Assembly: GCA_951406725.2 (NCBI GenBank)
Contig: OX597829.1
Span: 27,528,001 to 27,592,000, forward strand
Source: Octopus vulgaris
Taxonomy: Eukaryota
Direction: 5' to 3'
Length of the DNA stretch: 64,000 nt
Below are positions 51,370-64,000 of the stretch, one piece after another; the first letter of the stretch is position 1; the number at the start of each line of letters is the position of its first letter. The translations under genes were made by a program, and so were the position numbers. The notes beneath the pieces are model-generated. The model did not search any database. It worked only from the letters and a program-made list of their open reading frames with translations, and was not told the DNA's origin.

Positions 51370-52046
51370 ATCATCATTATCGTCATTTAACGTCTGCTTT
51401 CCATGCTGGCATGGGTTGGACAGTTTGACTGAGGGCTGGCAAGCCAGAAGGCTGCAACAGGCTCCTATCTGATCTGGCAAGGTTTCTACAGCTGGATGCC
51501 CTTCTTAATGCCAACCACTCCGAGAATGTAGTGGGTGCTTTTTACATGCTACTGGCAACAGCCAGGTTGAAATGGTGCTTTTTATGTGCCACCAGCTTGG
51601 GGCCAGTCAGGCAGCACTGACATCAACCACACTTGAATGGTGCTTTTTACGTGCCACTGGTATGGGTGCTAGTCAGGCTGTACTGGCATCAGCCACAACA
51701 ATGACTTCACCTAACTCAACAGGTCTTTGCAAGCACAGTTTATAGCCCAATGATTGAAGGGTACTCTTAAATGGGTCGGTTATGCTGCACTGGCATAGGC
51801 CACGGTTATGGGCTCACTTGGCTTGCCGGGTCTTCTCAAGTACAACATATTTCCAAAGGTCTCGGTTGCTCATCATCGCCTCTGTGAGGCCCAATGTTTG
51901 AAGGTTGTGCTTCATCACCCTCTACTGCTAGGGTGTGACACTTTTTCACACAGCTGTCCTCATCCATATGCAACACATGACCATACCAGTGCAGTCGTCT
52001 CTCTTGCACACCACATCTGATGCTTCTTATGTCCAACTTTTCTCTC

Positions 52047-52085
<39 letters not shown>

Positions 52086-52453
52086 TGTGTCTTTGTATCT
52101 GTGTTTGTCTTCCCACCACTTGACAACAGATGTTGGTGTGTTTATATCCCCATAACTTAGTGGTTCAGCAAAAGACACCAATAGAATAAGTACTAGGCTT
52201 TCAAAGAATAAGTCCTGAGGTTGATTTCTTTGACTAAAACCCCTTAAAGCAGGGCTCCAGCATGGACTCAGTCTAATGACTGAAACAAGTGAAAGATAAA
52301 AGATAAAAATAGCTCAATATCTATCATTTTTATGTCCCTCACCCATCAAATACTAACAAACACACACACATATATATATATCTCCAGATATACACTACTC
52401 AACAAACTGATTGTATATGTGTGTATGCATCTTTCGAAGTCCTAGTTCATTTT

Positions 52454-52495
<42 letters not shown>

Positions 52496-52984
52496 GGTAA
52501 AGAGTTGGCAAAATTGTTAATACATCAGACAAAGGGCTCAGCAGTATTTTGTCTATCTTTATGTTCTAAGTTCAAATTCCACTAAGGTAGACTTTACCTT
52601 TCATCCCTTTCAGGGTCAATGAAATAAGTACTAGTCATATACTGGAATCGATGTGTCTACAGTAGAAAGGATTATTATTGTTAGTAAAGCAGTGAGCTGG
52701 CAGAATTTATAGTAGCTGGACAAAATGCTTAATGGCATTTTGGCTGTCTTTATTTTCTGAATCCAAATTCCACTGAGGTCAACTTTACCTTTCATCCTTT
52801 CAAGGTCAATAAAAGAAGTACTAGTTGAGCACTGGGGTTGATGTAATTGTCTAGCTCCCTCCCCAAAATTACAGGCCTCGTGCCTATAGTAGAAAATAAT
52901 ATTATAGTGATATAGGGATATAATATTATAGTTTGGTATCTGCTTGGTCGTCAAATTAAACGGCCACCTCTTAGAACCTTTCAG

Positions 52985-54530
52985 CATTGAATACTCAGTT
53001 TGCCAAGGATGTCCTCTCTCTCCCTACTTTTATATGTTTTAGCTTTATAACCCTTGTTGCAAAGGCTGGAGAATTTGAGGGGTATCCTGCTGGTAACTAG
53101 GCCACAGGTGAGCTGTGTCTGCATACATGGACAACATAACTGTCATGGTATCAGACTCTTCAGATATAGAAACAATCAACAATCTACTGAAAGAATGTCA
53201 GGAATGTACAGGAGCACCCACAAACCAGGACAAACCAGTAGGTCTGCAATCAGGCTCTTGGAGAGGCAAGTCTATATGATTAGCAGTGATTTCTGTGACT
53301 GGACAGAGGGTGTGGTGAAAGTGCTTGGAATCTGGTTCAAACCAGATCTCCAGGTAGATATGAAATGGGAAGAAGTCATGACCAAGGTGACCAAGCTCAC
53401 CCAGAAATGGGCAGAAAGGAAGCTGTCTCTGAAAGGTCAGAGTGGAAGGAGCGAATGCATATATTGCCTTGATAGTATACTACCAAGGCAATATAGGTAT
53501 TCACTACTTCCACCTAGCCATTGTACCTTGTCCCAAGAAAACTTTGACCAGAGAGGAGTGCTTGCATTTTTTAATTCTTATAGAAGGGTCAGGCTCCGCT
53601 AATCAGAAAATCCATCAGCTGTCAACACCTACACTAAGGTGATCTTATGATGCCATCTTTGATGATGAGGCATCATGCATTGAAGCTGACACATCTACAT
53701 AAATGTCAAAATCACTGTGATTGTGTGAACAACAGTGACAAAAATAATGGTGAACTGGTGAGCGCATCCTTCGTACAACTCATCTCATCAATAGAGCTGC
53801 AGTCATTGGTCAAACACAGACCAAGGTTGGACGTTTGGTATCTAGAATGTTGCTAGGCACTGCAATGTACCAGCTGGACAAAACTGTTAGCAAGAAAACA
53901 ACTCAAGAATTCTATAGGAGGCTGGTCGAGGGTATAAGTAACAATGGTCTAGGATTGACTCTGGGCACCGATGAGAAAAGTCTGAGTAGTCTCTTCCAGA
54001 GGACCTTGGAGTCGAAGATCATGGACAATTTCCAAAAGTCTTTGGCATTGCCTGTTTCAGACAAGCTCTTCAGGCATGGAAGAGCCAACAGCCACATCTG
54101 CCCAAGATGTATGCAAGGAGACAAAACCGTCCTGCATGCAATCATTCATTGTCAATGCATTGGAGAGTTGTGGGCTTGTGTAGGGCAGCTGCAGTCTTGT
54201 GCAAGACGAATTCAGCTGTCTGCTGAGTCTATAGCGAAGATCAACACATCAGCTTTCTTTAGCAGAGAAGGAAGGCAGATCTTTCTCTGCTCAGTGGCTG
54301 TGGCAAAAGAGGCCATGTGGTGAACCGATCTGAAAGGTTTCAAGACAGCCACTTACCTATCTTGCCAAGCCCTCATCAATTTCTTCAATGAGGGCAGAGA
54401 GGGAAGTGCTGCATTCTAATGTGGTTATCAAAAGGCGAACGAGTGTGGCAAGACTAATGAGACAGAATGGATCAGAAAGTGGCAAGACTAGTGAGACTGA
54501 ACAGATCAACTGAGTATGCTTTTCTAAGCA
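52985..54530 (+). pseudogene. Tx1/L1-clade LINE ORF2 remnant
   Basis: QGCPLS, PLLQRL, SAYMDNITV, VKVLGIWF, W..RKLSLKG and the zinc knuckle CPRC...VLHAIIHC....LW. Confidence 0.82.
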
Positions 54531-56507
54531 GGAGGTAAAAAGTAGGAAGAGGGCACTTTCTCATGCCTTGGGGATAGCTGACTAGAATTTTTGCATGGGA
54601 TCTATCCTGAATCATCCTAAATGGACTGGCCTGCTATTGGGGATTCTAATTATTTATTTCTCTAATTTCTACTACATATCCTTTGTTATATCTTTTAATG
54701 AGGTAGTGTCTCCCTTTGATCAAGGCAAACCCCACTTGTTTTTGTGTGTTGTAACTCATCCTTTGATATTGTCCCCTATGTCTTGGGGCCTTGTGGCCAG
54801 TAAAAGAAATCAATATCATTATTATTATTATTGCAATGAGCTGGCAGAATCATTAGCACACAGGGCAGAATGCTTAGTGGTATTTTGTCTGTTTTTACGT
54901 TCGGAGTTCAAATTCCGTCTTAGTCGACTTTCCTTCCATCCTTTTAGGGTCGATAAAATAAGTACCAGTTGAGCATTGGGATTGATGTAATCGACTTACC
55001 CCTCCCCTGAAATTGCTGGCCTTGTACCAAAATTATTATTACCATTATCGATAAATGGTAGTATGTGTATTTGAACCATGGTAATTGATTGTAGAAAGCA
55101 GAATACTCCTTTTAAGACTGACTGTTTTAAATTAGCTTGTAAATATAAATATATATCACCGAACTGAATAACAGAATTGATTGATTAACAAGAGCTCCGA
55201 GAAAAACATATGGATAACGGGATGGTCATGCTAATTTACCAGCCTCTCCTGGGCCTTAATTAGTGAAAAGAGGTTTACACTAGGAAGTAGGTTGTGTGGG
55301 TGGATGGATTGGTCTACTAAAATAATTTATTTTGTCTATTATTGTGAGAATACATATAGTTGATGTTTAATTCAGACTTAAGCTGAGTCAATATCAAAAT
55401 ATCTACGTGAATTAAATTTAGAAAAGTTATTTTTCATGTCCAAACAAACTACACCGAGATAGGTGTATAGGCGCGCGCGCGTACATTCAGTTATAATAAA
55501 AACAATTTTACATTAAATCTGATGGGTTACTATGTACTTTTAAAAAGTAGAAAACGACGATAGATTAGCGAACCGAAACTTCGAAGTCGCTGTCAACAAC
55601 TTTCTTGTTTAACAATAATAAATATATATATGTGTGGGTGTGTGTAGTTAATAAATCATTTTTATATGATTAGAATTAATATACTATTGCAGATATTATT
55701 TCTTAATAATCCAATAATAAACAGATACCAATTAAAAATATATATCTAAATTATTAGATGTTTGATATTATATTTATAAATAATACGGAAATATTTTTGT
55801 TTTCCCTATAGCAGCGATATTGATTTATTAACCACAAGGACAACAAAAAGCTTTGAATGTATTATAAACAAAACAAAATGCCGAAGTGTAAAGGTTGTGA
55901 TGAAAACGTAACAATAATATTAACAAGGAAATTAAAATGAGAACGAAGACAAGAGTTACGAGACGAGAATTAATTAGTTGTTTTCCAAGCAATTTATTCA
56001 ATTAATTAATTTTTTTACTCCCTTGAGATTAATATAACTAAACACTATTGGGGGAAAAAATTTTAATAAAATCAAGGTTTGATTTAAGGTGGGTTTAGCA
56101 GAATAACAATAATTATATTGTGTAAGATTGTATACGATTTAGCATTGTCGAAGTATTTGAAATAGTTTGCGAATGTTACACCAGCAGAACGTACTGTTTG
56201 ATTGATGTTGCCAATAATTGTAATGGTTAATATAATTTTTGCCAATAACAATAAGTACAGTAGTGTTAATATAAAAATTACAGTGTTGCTTTTAGTTACG
56301 CAATATATATCAGCAGCATCTCAATATTATATATACACATATAATACATTATTATGCTATTATAATTATTACTACGTCTACAGTAATTAAGTTTTACAGT
56401 TAGATAAAAAAAAAACCCTCTTATTTGTAAGCTATACATTATTATGTAGCATCGCCTAATTTACTGTTGTTACTGATGTTAAATAAACAGTAGAAAAACA
56501 AACATAC

Positions 56508-56663
56508 CATTGCGAATCCTGATAAAAGTGCTGATGTACGACTTGAGGCTTTCAATTTAGCTCGACCGAGATACAGCTTTCTCCACGATAAAACACTGGC
56601 CGTGGTTTCATTTGTCATCGGAGGAAGCTGGATTTTAGGTATACTATTTGGTTGGGAATTCAT
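56508..56663 (-). CDS. Orai: Orai (calcium release-activated calcium channel) coding exon 1, aa 1-52
   Basis: Translates to MNSQ...[28 protein letters not shown], the Orai ETON/TM1 signature. It ends at a GTATGT donor (+ strand 'ac' at 56506-56507). There is an in-frame TAA upstream of the ATG (56691-56693) and A at -3. Confidence 0.95.
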
Positions 56664-57450
56664 TGTCGAAAATAAATTTGATTTCGAAGGTTAAGATATC
56701 GAATACAGGAATCAGAGAAACAGGACACAAATTACAGAAAATAAAACAAGATAACAGGCGGATGCTACTCAGTGGTGGGGTGGGAGAGTGGAGTGGCTAT
56801 TCACTTTGGCTAACTGACTGCTGGCTGTATTTTTAGACGTAAGATGTTTTATAGTTTCGAAAACAAACCCTCGAAAAAATTCTTCTTTAAATAAACAAAA
56901 GAGAAAAATTGTCAAATTTATAATCAAGATGTGTGTCATAAACGGTGAAGCTTCCTGTAAAATACGGTGATGACACAACACTTGTATACGTTGAACAAAA
57001 CTGCTGAAGTCTATGGTCGCAGAGGGTGAAATTGATAAGTTCGAAGCAATAGATCTATATCCTGTTAGCTGCGATGATTTCCGAGTTCGTAAATAATCGA
57101 CATATAAACTCTCGCTACCTCACAGCCCATTTAACTTTTGAAGTTTCGCTTTTATTGTTGTTCTTGTTGATTTTTTAAAAAACTCTGATCGAATCAATAT
57201 AATTGAACCCTTTCATTTGTAGTTATCTCATCTTATATATCACTCCATTTTTTCGACATATCCTACTCTACTTAGGACTGTAGATGTGATTTTTTTAAAG
57301 TAGATTTGGCTGCTGTTTCTTGCAGCTGGAGCGATTACGTTGAGGCTTAGCAGCACTGAAATCAACAGGGAAAAACCATTCCAATGTACAGCTGCAGAGC
57401 AGCGCCAGCTAACAATTTTATCCCTCACTGCACAGACACCTGCTTCTTAA
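56664..57450 (-). promoter_or_regulatory. Probable Orai 5'UTR/promoter region
   Basis: Repeat-free, visibly CpG-retaining sequence immediately upstream of the Orai ATG. No TSS can be located from sequence alone. Confidence 0.35.
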
Positions 57451-58317
57451 CATAGGTTTACATGTAATTGTTAATGCATAAGGACGTGAAACCAAAATCA
57501 TAGAATAACGGGAAATATTACAAACAGAAACGTCGTTAAAATTTTTCTGATTAAAACGTACAGTATTGCTTAAAATATATACATTTAATAATATTTATTA
57601 ATTATAAAATTAAAGTAATATGCACACTTGAAACAGCATTAGATTAAAAAACTGGTACGTATAAAATTTATAATGTGTCTACAAACGTAGAACTGCAGCG
57701 CTTGTAATATTTTGTCTCAAACTTTTTAAAGAGACTTGCGTAAAACACATAACTTCTTTTAGAATGCGGACAAATAAAATGCATTCTAAAAAAAGGATAA
57801 CATTGATTGATCCAATACACTAATGGTTCCATCAGACTGTTTTTGTATAAGCAATGAATCAAAAAACCCAGTATAAAGCTCACAAAAACCGGTTATCTGA
57901 AAGACTGTACACAGCCCATAACTTTGTCTTGCTAATTTCCGTGAGATCCTATCATTGTATTTATATATGCAGGTTGTTGTTGTGGTGGTGGTGGTAGTGG
58001 GAGGAGGAAATTAACTTTGAACGAGAAAACAATTTCTGATTTACACTCTGGAGTCGATAAAATAAAGTGTCAGTCAAGTGCAAGAGTCGAAATAAAATGA
58101 CTGACCCATTCTCCCTCCCTATTTCAGGTCTTATTCCTATTTAAAAAAAAAAAAATTATAAGTAGGTAGCCCATACGCAAAGTCCTGCAGAGACACATTC
58201 AGGTAGAACATGTTAAGCATGATGTTCAATTAAAGTTCATTTTTATGTTGCAATTTTGAAATTTTTTGCATAAAAGCTTGATTGCTTCCACATTGGACAC
58301 TGCCCTGATACAAAGAG

Positions 58318-59001
58318 TTGATCTGCAAACATAAAATTCTCAGGGCTGATGTGCTGCCTATGACCAACGTTAGCAGTCTACTCTATTTGGATGAGCTCCA
58401 CATCTCCATTGCACTCAGAGTGAGAGCTGACGTCTGTGGAGGACTAAGATGTTGCTGTGGTAGGGTTCTCAACTCCACAGGTCTTCATGGTTTGTCTTGC
58501 CACCTAAATGCAGGTTGTTTTACTCGTTGCACTGACCTAAACCTGATCTTTGAGCAGACCCTGGCTTGGGTAAGTATCCCCTCAGTTATGGAGCCAGCAG
58601 GATTATACAGGAGTGATGGGAAGAGACTAGATGGTCTTACCTTCTTCCCTGAGATAAAAAGCAGGTGCTTCAACTGGGATGCCACAGCCAGTGATTCCTT
58701 TGCTCCCTCCCAAATCCTGGATGCTGTGGTAAATGGAAGGGTCACTGCCTGCGTAGATTTATGGAACAAAATCCTTAAGTATTGGGACTCATCAGGGAAC
58801 CATTTCTTCCATCCTGTGGTGTTTGAGATGTTTGGAGGAGCTGGGATGCTGGCAGCAAAGTTTTTGTCATCATTAGCAGCTCACCTTAACAATGTGTCAG
58901 GTGATACCTATGAGGGTGCTTGGCCGTTCCAATGCCTTAGCTTCACCACCACCCATGATAAAGCTGCAAGCATGTTGGCTTGCTACATTAGGTTCCATTA
59001 A
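58318..59001 (+). pseudogene. CRE-clade non-LTR retrotransposon C-terminal zinc knuckle plus RLE endonuclease
   Basis: RCCCG...GLHGLSC, EPAGLYRSDGKRLDGLT, WDAT..D, K..KY, F.PV.FE..GG and FQ.LS. No ATG start and no RT domain upstream. Confidence 0.82.
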
Positions 59002-60019
59002 GTCTTTTGGTGTGCAACAAATTGATGCCCTTGTTGTTGAATTAATATTTTCCTTCTTTTTGTTTCTTTTCTTTTGCTCCTGATCGTGTTTTCTCTGTTT
59101 TGGATTTGTATTTTAATATGGAATATCTTTATGTAATTAAGTTGTAGAATAGTTCATTAAACTGAGATTTTCTTTTTCTTCAAAAAGACAAAAATTACTT
59201 AGGCCTGGATAAAAAAAAAAATCTACGGAGCTGGAGTTAAACTTTATACTTCTGTACTCAGAACATCGGTCAAATAAACTTCAGAAAATATTTCAATTGA
59301 ACTAATTTTCAGTACTATTTGCTAACTGTATTTTTTTTTTTTTTTCAAAAAAATAGCTTTGTTGATAACCAAAATTTTTATACAAAGCTTTTGATATTAT
59401 AACATATTATCTTATAAATAGTGCTTAAGTGTGTGTGTATGTGTCTTTCTGTCTGTGCGTTGCACCCACCCCACCACTTCAGAAACACAACTGGTTTGTT
59501 TACATACCTGTAACAAAGTGGTTCAGCAAAAGGAGTCGATTGAATAAGCACCAAACCAGTACAACTAAAACACTTCAGGGTGGTACCCAGGATGGCTTCA
59601 ATCTAATATCTGAAATAAGTAAAAAAAAAAAAAATAAAGGATACAAGATATCTATCAATCAGTCTATCTGTTTGTCTCTCTAAATGTCAGTCTCTCTCTC
59701 TCTCTCTCTCTTTGTCTGTGTGTCTCTCTACATATATGTGAGTGTATAACTGTATGCATGTATACAGCAATACCTTTACTTGTGTGATGCATGTGTATAC
59801 TCTTTTCTTTTAGCCATGGGACTGTGACCATGATGGGACATATATATTCTTCTTCCTTTTTCTTTCACCTGCACTTAGAGTTCTTCCTACCGTTCATATT
59901 CTAAGTAACCTTTACTCAGTATTCTCCCTCCCTTTACTTAATGTTCTCATTTCCCAAATAGTGTTCTCCTACCCTTTCCTTTTCAAAGTAACGTTCTCTC
60001 ACTGTTCTTCCTTCTTTCC

Positions 60020-61350
60020 ATTTTCTATATAACCTTCACCTAATGTTCCCCTTCCTTCATTTTCTATATAACCTTTACTTAACGTTCTCACTCCCCTTCT
60101 TTTCCACATAAGGTTCACCTGATGTTCCTTCCCCGTCTCCTTCATTTCCTATATAACATTCACTTAACGTTCCCCCCCTTTCAATATAACCTTCACCTAA
60201 TGTTCCCCTTCCTTCATTTTCTATATAACCTTTACTTAACGTTCTCACTCCCCTTCTTTTCCACATAAGGTTCACCTGATGTTCCTTCCCCGTCTCCTTC
60301 ATTTCCTATATAACATTCACTTAACGTTCCCCCCCTTTCAATATAACCTTCACCTAATGTTCCCCTTCCTTCATTTTCTATATAACATTCACTTAACGTT
60401 CTCCCCCCACTCTTTTCTATATAACCTTCACCTAATGTTCCTTCCCCGTCTCCTTCATTTCCTATATAACATTCACTTAACGTTCCCCCCCCTTTCTATA
60501 TAACCTTCACCTAATGTTCCCCTTCATTTTCTATATAACATTCACTTAACGTTCTCCCCCCACTCTTTTCTATATAACCTTCACCTAATGTTCCTCCCCC
60601 GTCTCCTTCATTTCCTATATAACATTCACTTAACGTTCCCCCCCTTTCAATATAACCTTCACCTAATGCTCCCCTTCATTTTCTATATAACCTTCACTTA
60701 ACGTTCTCCCCCCACTCTTTTCTATATAACCTTCACCTAATGTTCCCCTTAGACTCCATTTCCAATATAACCTTCACTTAATGTTCTCCCTCCCTTCCTT
60801 TTCTATATAACCTTCACCTGATGTTCCCCCTCGACTCCATTTTCTATATAACCTTCACTTGACGTTCTCCCTCCCCTTCTTTTCCACATAAGGTTCACCT
60901 AATGTTCCTTCCACGTCTCCTTCATTTTCTATATAACATTCACTTAACGTTCCCCCCCTTTCTATATAACCTTCACCTAATGTTCCCCTTAGACTCCATT
61001 TCCAATATAACCTTCACTTAATGTTCTTCCTCCCTTCCTTTTCTATATAACCTTCACCTGATGTTCCCCCTCGACTCCATTTTCTATATAACCTTCACTT
61101 GACGTTCTCCCTCCCCTTCTTTTCTATACAAATTTCATTTAGTGTTCTCCACCCCTTCTTTTTCCACATGACCTTCACTAAATGTTCTCTCTCCACTTCA
61201 TTTACTATATAAAACATTCCCTCAGTGTTCTCACTTCCCCTTATTTTCTGTATATAACCTTCACTTAATGTTCTCCCTTCAATTCCCTTTTCTATATAAC
61301 CTTCACTTAAGGTTCTCCCAACACGTCCTTTTCTACATAACATTCACCTA
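60020..61350. repeat. ~35-45-bp minisatellite with higher-order repeats
   Basis: The unit is approximately TTTTCTATATAACCTTCACYTAAYGTTCYCCCCT..., with about 33 copies. Degenerate units extend to ~59850 and ~61960. Confidence 0.95.
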
Positions 61351-62316
61351 AGGCTTTAACGCTCAGATTACACTGCCAAATGTAATGCTTATTTATTCCC
61401 CTTGTTTTGAATTAATCACGTAATATTTCATAGATTACAATGACATGATTGTTAATATTTAGCATGACATTCCAGGGTAGATAGTATGATCATTTAGGTC
61501 TGGCTACTTTGAACATAAGACGTAAAAAATATTTTGGCCTGATATTCTGTCAATACATACTTATTCACATTCTTGAGTTCATCATGCTTTATCGCATAGC
61601 TTCAAGATTTTGATGATATGATTGTTTATTTTAAGAATGACATTGTCAAATAGGTGTGAGAGGCTGGATCTGACCAGTTTGAACATAAATTGAGTAGAAT
61701 ATTTGCACAGGGTATGACTGGTTTAAATGATAAAGTTTAATTGCTAATGTTTTCCTATACCTTTTCTATACAACCTTCATCTCCCAACACCCAGTTTATT
61801 TTCCATCTCATCTTCACTCACTGTTCTCCCATCCCTTCCTTTTATATATTATCTTCACAAAATATCTTCTCTTCTCTTTCTTTTCTATATAATCTTCACT
61901 TAGTATTCTCCTTCCTTTTTATAAAGCCTTCACTCAGTGGTCCTCCACCTGTTTAGTTTCTATATATATTTCTTTACTACCCACAAGGGGCTACACACAG
62001 AGGGGACAAACAAGGACAGACAAACGGGTTAAGTCCATCGACCCCAGTGCGTAACTGGTACTTAATTTATCGACCCAGAAAGGATGAAAGGCAAAGTCGA
62101 CCTCGGCGGAATTTGAACCCTCTATATAACATTGACATCTATATAGGCGCAGGCGTGGCTGTGTGGTAAGAAGCTTGCTCTCCAACCACATGGTTCCAGG
62201 TTCTGTCCCACAGTGTGGTGCCTTCAGCACGTGTCTTCTACTATGACCTCAGGCCAACCAAAGCCTCGTGAGTGGATTCACTAGACAGAAACTAAAAGAA
62301 GCCCATCATCTATAAA

Positions 62317-62547
62317 CAGGGTTGGCCAAAAGTCACCTGACAGTAAATCAAAACCATTTAATTCTCAAAATTTATTTATGTTTAACTGAATGAATTTAAT
62401 AAAGCATCTAAATATGAAACATCATGAAAATTGTCCACACTGAAGTCATTCTTGAGCAACACCATTTTCCCAAATGAATAAATAAAATTGAATATTAAGT
62501 ATTTATGGAATTTTGATATACTGTCGGGTGACTCTTGGCCAACCCTG
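62317..62547. mobile_element. Tc1/mariner-type MITE
   Basis: TIRs are CAGGGTTGGCCAAAAGTCACC and GGTGACTCTTGGCCAACCCTG, followed by TA. It sits in the microsatellite of a family-A SINE. Confidence 0.85.
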
Positions 62548-63145
62548 TATATGTGTGCATTTGTGTGTATGTGTGTGTGTGTATATATATATATATACAG
62601 GGAGAATTCACAAAAAAACAAAAGACAAAGACAGGTGGTATAGAAAACAAACAGATGTATTAGTATAACGCTCAGGAATTGAAAAAGTCTTTTACATTTT
62701 GAGCCTGCGCTCTTCTACAGAAAGGGACACAGAAAAAAACAAGGAGAGAAGAAAAAAATGTGTGTAGTGGCTACCGATCTATCATTGCTATTATGTTAAA
62801 CTGTTGTATGTCCAAATTTGGCCAAATACGTTTTTTTTTTTTTTTTTATCAAGATTTAATTTTGCTTTCAATAGCCGGTTCTTTTGGTATCTCCAGCTGC
62901 TTCAGATGCCAAGATATAAAAATTGTCAAAGTGTAGTACGATGGTTTAGCATCTTTGAAAAGTGTAGTAAGTCCCACATACGAAAGTTTTTCAAAAAAGT
63001 ATTTCTAGCTGAAAATATCATACATGCATGGAGTTATGATTTTATGCACTCAACAAAGTATTATTGTTAAACTGAAACTGTTCCTAATGTAAAAAGAAAT
63101 GGAATGGTGAAACTATTTTTTTGTATTTTTCTATATATATGTAAA

Positions 63146-63814
63146 CTAGCAGTATTGCCCGGCGTTGCTCGGGTTTGTAAGGGAAATAACTATATAAGCA
63201 TTTTTAGAGAGTTATAAAAAATAGCAAAAAAATGCATTAAAAATGGAATAAAAAATGATGGTAATTTTTTTTTAAATCGTTGACTCATCGTAGACATTTT
63301 TAGAGAGTTTTTCCCTTATATAATAGCGAAAAAATGCATTAAAATGGAAAAAATGATGGTAATTTTTTTTTTAAATCGTAGACTCATCGTAGACGCTTTC
63401 TTAGCCATTTCTGTTTTGGTGTCTTCAAGCCATGAAGTCGTTGTTCTAAAAGAACGCTAGTCTCCTTGACAACGCTTTACGACGTTGATTTCCTTACACT
63501 CCCTTCCCCACAGCTTCACGAGGGAGGGAAGAAGGGGGAGAAGCAAACAGGTGCAGGTGTGACCATGGACACCAACTCCGCCGCCATCGACACACGAAAA
63601 ATTATGCATTAAAATGGAATAAAAAATGATGTTAAATTATTTTTAAAATCGTAGACTCATCATAGACGCGCGCTAATACTCAGACAAGCTCGATATGAAT
63701 CCCGACTATAAGATACCCGAATTTGGTTAAACTGCACCGCAAAATGTGGGAGTAGTTAGGAATCTAAATCGAAGGGGACAGACACTCACACAACTACAGT
63801 TTTATATATATAGA
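63146..63814 (-). mobile_element. Non-autonomous Helitron
   Basis: Minus strand starts A|TCTATATATATAAAA and ends with the hairpin CCCGAGCAACGCCGGG followed by CTAG|T. It has internal ~100-bp tandem duplications. Confidence 0.88.
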
Positions 63815-63815
63815 T

Positions 63816-63950
63816 ATAGAAAAATACAGTGTACATTTAAACACATAAGAGATGACCAATAATAGGACATCTGACTCACTAGAAAGAGCAGTCAGATGTC
63901 CTATTATTGATCATCTCTTATGTGTTTGAATGTACACTGTATTCTTCTAT
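63816..63950. repeat. 61-bp inverted repeat (13-nt spacer), Penelope-like fold-back end
   Basis: Arms 63816-63876 and 63890-63950 have a few mismatches. The spacer and arm carry GAAAG-AGCA-GTC-AGATG, resembling a hammerhead 3' half. Confidence 0.8.
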
Positions 63951-64000
63951 GAATAATGTATAGTCTATTGACTAAATTTTTCCTTCTCGCTAGACCACTG

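Larger units (their letters stand above)
34123..56507 (-). other. Orai intron (22,385 bp, GT-AG, phase 0), filled with TEs
   Basis: Canonical donor and acceptor join two halves of TM1 in frame. Confidence 0.9.

Noticed and set aside
56442-56507. C-terminal part of the 73-aa ORF (VCLFFYC...)
   Set aside because: Read-through into the intron past the GT donor.
57001-57428. Short ORFs upstream of Orai as an extra coding exon or divergent gene
   Set aside because: No recognisable protein motif or convincing splice sites, and an in-frame stop precedes the Orai ATG.
60020-61350. CRISPR-like repeat-spacer appearance
   Set aside because: The spacers are related pyrimidine tracts that themselves repeat, the context is eukaryotic, and there are no cas genes.

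Overview
AT-rich, repeat-dense animal genomic DNA. It is most likely a coleoid cephalopod (Octopus), inferred from the recurring SINE families and dense (TA)n/(CA)n microsatellites. Only one host gene is supportable: a two-exon Orai (CRAC Ca2+ channel pore subunit) on the minus strand, with exon 1 CDS at 56508-56663, a 22.4-kb phase-0 intron, exon 2 CDS at 33616-34122, and a 220-aa product. The rest is mobile DNA: a hAT/Buster element with a nested Chapaev3-type element; hAT, piggyBac, Tc1 and Merlin-like MITEs; a Helitron-N; RTE, R4/Dong, Tx1/L1, CRE and CR1-like LINE remnants; a Penelope GIY-YIG remnant; three tRNA-derived SINE families; and a ~40-bp minisatellite with higher-order structure. 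The most interesting signal is a set of short, (TA)n-embedded, often fold-back Penelope-type modules carrying minimal hammerhead ribozyme motifs. These include one intact canonical copy (17708-17795) and one with an apparent compensatory G3-C8 core swap (3872-3921, minus). A fold-back MITE also encloses a small core between outward-facing telomeric repeats. Most ORF-track entries are microsatellite artefacts. All family assignments come from motif recognition by eye; no database searches were run.
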